From assembly GCA_020137815.1 (NCBI GenBank), contig CM035360.1:6882001-6946000 (forward strand): a stretch of 64,000 bases of DNA. The letters run 5' to 3'. Below are positions 59,345-64,000 of this stretch, in pieces; the first letter of the stretch is position 1, and the number at the start of each line of letters is the position of its first letter. The notes beneath the pieces were generated by a model. That model saw nothing but the letters and a program-made list of their open reading frames with translations. It ran no database searches and was not told where the DNA came from. The stretch comes from Hormiphora californensis (Eukaryota > Animalia > Ctenophora). The position numbers and the translations under genes are program-made.

Positions 59345-60082
59345 ATGAATGGAGTCATGATAGAGTCTACACCATCAGAGACCATTCCCAAGTTTGAGGC
59401 ATCCTCGTGCAGTGGAGGCAGCTACTACCCCTCCATGTATACCTCTCCCGAACTGCAACTCCAGGCCGCCTATCCGTCCCATCTTCACACCATGCTTACC
59501 CTCCCACCAGCACCAAACCAGTGCTGCAGCGAGCTATGGGCTCATGTCCTATAGCCCGACATCTCCCTACAACCCGATGGCAATGCATACCATGCCTGGC
59601 CTCCCCTCCGTCCATATCTCCTCCTCCCTCCAGCAACTCAGTTACCCATCCTCGTTACCCACAACCCACGGGTTCCCCATCAGCACCTCGGTCATAGAGC
59701 CCAGTCCCATGTCCGTTGCTGACTACCTGACCCCCATGAAGCGGCCTCCCTCCTCCATGTCGGACCCTGATATCGGCTCCATACCACGACCACCTGCTAA
59801 ACGGGCTGCCCAGATCTGCCTGAAGTGTCACCAGCCCAGGAAGGGCCATGTGTGCCCGTTTAAAAACGAGAACACCCCCTAAAACCTACCGGGAGTTCCC
59901 TGTGGGACAGGGAGACAAAGTGATAACGTGCTGTCCCAACTGTGGGATACCCCTGTATGCGGGGAGCAAATACTGTCACAAGTGTGGGAGTGTGAATGCT
60001 GTTAGTGGACAAACTGCACTATCTCTCTTCACCACGCAACGTGTTCCTAAACTGTCCCCAGAGGAGGCGCAACAACTGGCAG
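59345..60082 (+). CDS. Ser/Pro-rich protein with a CxxC-GHxC zinc knuckle and a zinc ribbon; large coding exon with apparent homopolymer frameshifts
   Basis: ttttctag|aATG start. Overlapping ORFs give CLKCHQPRKGHVC and CPNCG..YCHKCG. The frame breaks at C-runs near 59480, 59500 and 59877. Donor ag|gtcagt at ~60082. Confidence 0.6.
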
Positions 60083-60420
60083 GTCAGTGTAACAACTTGC
60101 TTTGCTTTGTCATTTGTCATAGGGATTGCGTGTTTTCTATATCTTGTTATTTGTTCGTTGCATACAGTTGTCCTTGTCAGGATATTCCTGTTTAGTATCA
60201 CTCTGTTTTAGATCCCTATATCCTGCCCTAGATCGCTTCAGTAACAATATATTGGTGCCGTGTTACAGCTGTGGTAATAGTATAGTGAGATTTAGAGATG
60301 TGTAACACACACAGGGTAGTTCTTGTGTGTAAACGTGCATCTAGCTCTTCGATGTGATAGAATTTAATGAAGGAATGGGATTAGGAAAAAGACGGTCATC
60401 TCTCTCTCTCTCCCTTTCTC

Positions 60421-60477
<57 letters not shown>

Positions 60478-61211
60478 ATTTTTTCTCTCTACCTTTGCCA
60501 CGGCTATGAGAGACGTACGCTGGCTCGCGGAGAAGAGGAGGGGGATGTGAGAAGCCGGACAAACAATGTAGTAGTACACACAACAACACATGCACATTAT
60601 ATTAGTTAGAACGGGAGTTTGTGGTGCGTGTGTCTCCACTGGGAAACACACCTGGAGGAGAGAGGGATTCCTTTAGAGAGACCCCGCGACAGAGAGAGAA
60701 TCTGTATTTGATAGGGGTCAGAATCGAACTGGAGGCCAAATGAATGTTATGGTGGGTAGGGTGCACTGCAGCTTCTACCATGGCTGCTACTTAGTGGGGG
60801 AGTAGGAATGAGGAGGGTAGATATGAAAGTGAAAATGAGAATTTTAAAGGTTCCTAATTGCAAGGCTCGAGTTACGTGTTGCTGCCATCATTCTTCTCTC
60901 TCTCTCCACACACACTCTCGCTCACACACAGCTCTGTAATAATGAGGTGCATTCACGGATGAATAAACAGACAGCGAGATAGTGAGAGAGAGATAGATAG
61001 ATAGAGAAAGTTAGATAGAGATAGAGAGATATAGAGAAGGAAGAGAGGTAGATATTATCTGGTCGAGAAACTGTCCCACGGCCCCGGGGGGCACTGCTGC
61101 ACCACATACGGTCTTAGCTCACTGTAACTTTGGTTACAACCATCATGTCTTAGGTAATGTGGAATTAAAAACTTCTTTCTCTCTACTTCTCTATCCCACT
61201 CCATCTCTCTA

Positions 61212-61306
<95 letters not shown>

Positions 61307-61392
61307 TCTCTATATCTCTCTTCTGGCGCTTTGGGACTGTGGTTAGAGTTTCAAAAAGTTGAGTCTCCTCTGCCCCCGAGAGCGGCTCGATC

Positions 61393-62094
61393 GGGGGGGT
61401 TCCCATGGTATACTTTGGTATACTTTGGCACTTTCCACAACTTTTTCAGCGATTTTCCATATACCAAAGTATACCAAAGTATACCAAAATATACCAAGGT
61501 ATACCAAAGTATACCATAAAAATTTTGAAAAAGGTAAAATTTAAGCGATAAGATAAAATAATTAACTAAATTTGTAAAACTACATCCTTATTTCGTTCTA
61601 AATTGGTAATATAACGCTTATTTAACTGATTTTTACGTATGTTACATCACCCGGCTAGTGCGCAAGGCTGGCCACTCAGTGGCCAGAGGTTCAATTCCCG
61701 GTTGAGGCAATTTTTGAAAAAATTTTAGAGACTTTACCAAATACTATTTGAACTTTTTCTTGACTTTTTAAAAAGTTTTTTATCGCACTCAAATGAGTCC
61801 CGATGTGTCAAACCCCAGTTTTGTGACTCATCATTTCATAGGCAAAATACGTTTCCTCGATTCTATGAAATTAGCCAATTTAGCCTAGTTAACCTCAAGT
61901 TTATGAGTTAAGAAAGTTTATACAAACTGTTTTAAAGCCTTAATTATTGTAAATTAACACTTTAAAGTACGTAAAGCTATTAAAAAGATATGGTATACTT
62001 TGGTATACTTTGGTACCTTCCACATATTTTTTTGGAATTTTCCATATGCCAAAGTATACCAAAGTATACCAAAGTATACCATGGGAACCCCCCC
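61393..62094. mobile_element. 702-bp MITE, copy 2, inverted relative to 12824-13525
   Basis: Same TIRs as copy 1, with a different 8-bp TSD (gctcgatc). Confidence 0.93.
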
Positions 62095-62639
62095 GCTCGA
62101 TCCCTCCATCATGACTCCCGAAGCAGTTAGATCCCAATTAGTTGGGACGTTTCAGAATGGGTGTTGGGTGACAGGGACCTACACAGAACAGAGAGAGAGG
62201 GAGGGAGAGGGGGTCAGGGAAAGAGAGAGAGTCATTGAGTATTCTATTCTGGACTGTGTCGAACGATGCTGGCTGTAAAAACTCCCGCCTAGGAAGGGAA
62301 AGCTGAGAATGTAAACACTAACCGGTGGTATAACACTGAATCTCAAAGAAGTGAAACGAAGCTGATTATTGGATAGGTTTATTGGATGGTAGGTACTAGG
62401 TTTGCCTTGCATCATCACCATATCAACAGAATTCTGGAATGAGTCCGTATCTGGGTCATTTGTGTCCGATGAACGGCAGTATAGCAGATTCATATCTCTC
62501 TGATATCTCACTACATGATCATGTACTGTCTCAACTCTCTGTCTCTCCCTTTTGATTCTCCTAACTTGGCGGTGTTTAACGATTCTGGATTCCGATCATG
62601 TGTGTATATCGACCGAAGACAAGCTAATTGGGCATTGAT

Positions 62640-62702
<63 letters not shown>

Positions 62703-64000
62703 AGAGAGAGAGAGAGAGAGAGATTGTGAGAGAGAGATAGATAGACGGGAAAGCTGTTAACCCTCCAGCTAGCTACTAAAGATCAGAGATGGCAGTGAGA
62801 ACTGTCAATCTAGCCTCTGATCTCGACTCTCTGCTCTCATAGTAGATATATGATAGCTGCAGCTCTGCGCTCGCTATCTGAGTATCTCTCTCTCTATCTC
62901 TCTAGCTCTTCTCTCGGATCTGCTCTAAGCTATATTTATGAGCTGAAGCTCTCTCTCTCTCTCCTCTCTCTCTCCTCTCTCTCTCTCTCTCTTTCTCTCT
63001 CTCCCATTCTAGTTAACAGGGTGCTAAAGACGCAGATTCCCCATCAATAGAGCTTGGTAGATATGATCTCGTGAGAAGTTAGGTTCAACAGTCCTCTTTC
63101 TGAATAGATCCGCATTTTCATCATACTAGGAGCCTAGGCCAGCATCGCAAGTCCACAATTATAGATCAATGAACTATCATCTAACCGTTCTACTTCCCAG
63201 AATGATCATCGCCCTACTGTTCTGAACAGTTCACAGCGACATACACTCTCATTATATCGGCTGGTGGATCAGAGAAAGAGAGAGAGGGGACAGCGTGCGT
63301 GGTAGTTAGAAACACTAGATCATGATCATGTGGGTCCTCTAGGAAGCAGTGTCGGCACTCAACTATGAACATTCAACAGCAATGAACAACCACAAATCAC
63401 ATACAAAACAACCTGTCGAGACACCGAGATAGCTGATCAGACACTACACTGAGAGCTGAGACAGAAGTTCAGATAGCTGTCAAATAGCGGGCACAACAAC
63501 ATCAGGCAGGGTAGGAGCAGTACAGCTCTCAAGGAACACACCACAACAACAAGGAGCTACGAAATCTGTGTATGCTATGGATGGGAAATGAAAACTTAGT
63601 CTTGGTCACAGTAACTTTATATATATGAGCTATTCGGACCTTCCCTCCCTTAGTAGTTAGTGATGTTAGTTAGTCATGTTAGTATTTCTTTTACCAGGGA
63701 GAGAGCTATGTGTGTGGCTAACTGGGAATAGGGAGGGGCAATTACAGACGAGTCAATAACTAAAGTTAGAGGTCCTGCGGGAGATGGGGGAGAGAGAGAG
63801 TGAGGAGTTAGAGAGTGAGAGAGAGTAGTTACAAGGTTGCAGGCCCCGACCCTGAGTAGACTAACGGTGGTTACAATATAGCCACCGACTAACTGCAAGC
63901 CCCCACCGCAGGAAGACTTCGCGAGATTTAGTGGGGGAGAGAGTTAGAGTGACTATTTGAGAGAGGGAGAGTTAGTGCGACTATTTGAGAGAGAGAGGGA

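Noticed and set aside
62140-63900. Possible minus-strand exons (62509-62406 with a GC donor, 62179-62141)
   Set aside because: No consistent upstream frame or homology, so the evidence is too weak to call.

Overview
Intron-rich animal genomic DNA with short introns, abundant (GA)n tracts and nested genes. The style suggests a ctenophore, but that is inference. Genes, left to right: the 5' part of a Src-like SH3-SH2 kinase (-) with a LINE in its intron; Hakai/CBLL1 (+); an orphan intronless ORF (+); an ~18-kb eIF2B-delta gene (-); an intronless UDP-glycosyltransferase (-); PABPC (-) with a partial tandem copy that is probably an assembly artefact; a Rab8/10/13-like GTPase (+); and a zinc-finger gene (+). 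The most striking structure is Russian-doll nesting. An eIF2B-delta intron holds an antisense FANK1-like gene, and one FANK1 intron holds a complete GPCR. Other eIF2B-delta introns hold a tRNA-Thr, a further spliced antisense unit and stacked duplicated AG|GT acceptors. The UGT-eIF2B-delta junction looks operon-like or nested. There are many non-autonomous DNA transposons, including 0.65-1.34 kb foldbacks and a MITE with a tRNA-like cassette. Bases ~1-1600, ~4600-5170 and ~41330-41560 look like low-quality consensus. Exon boundaries were read by eye.
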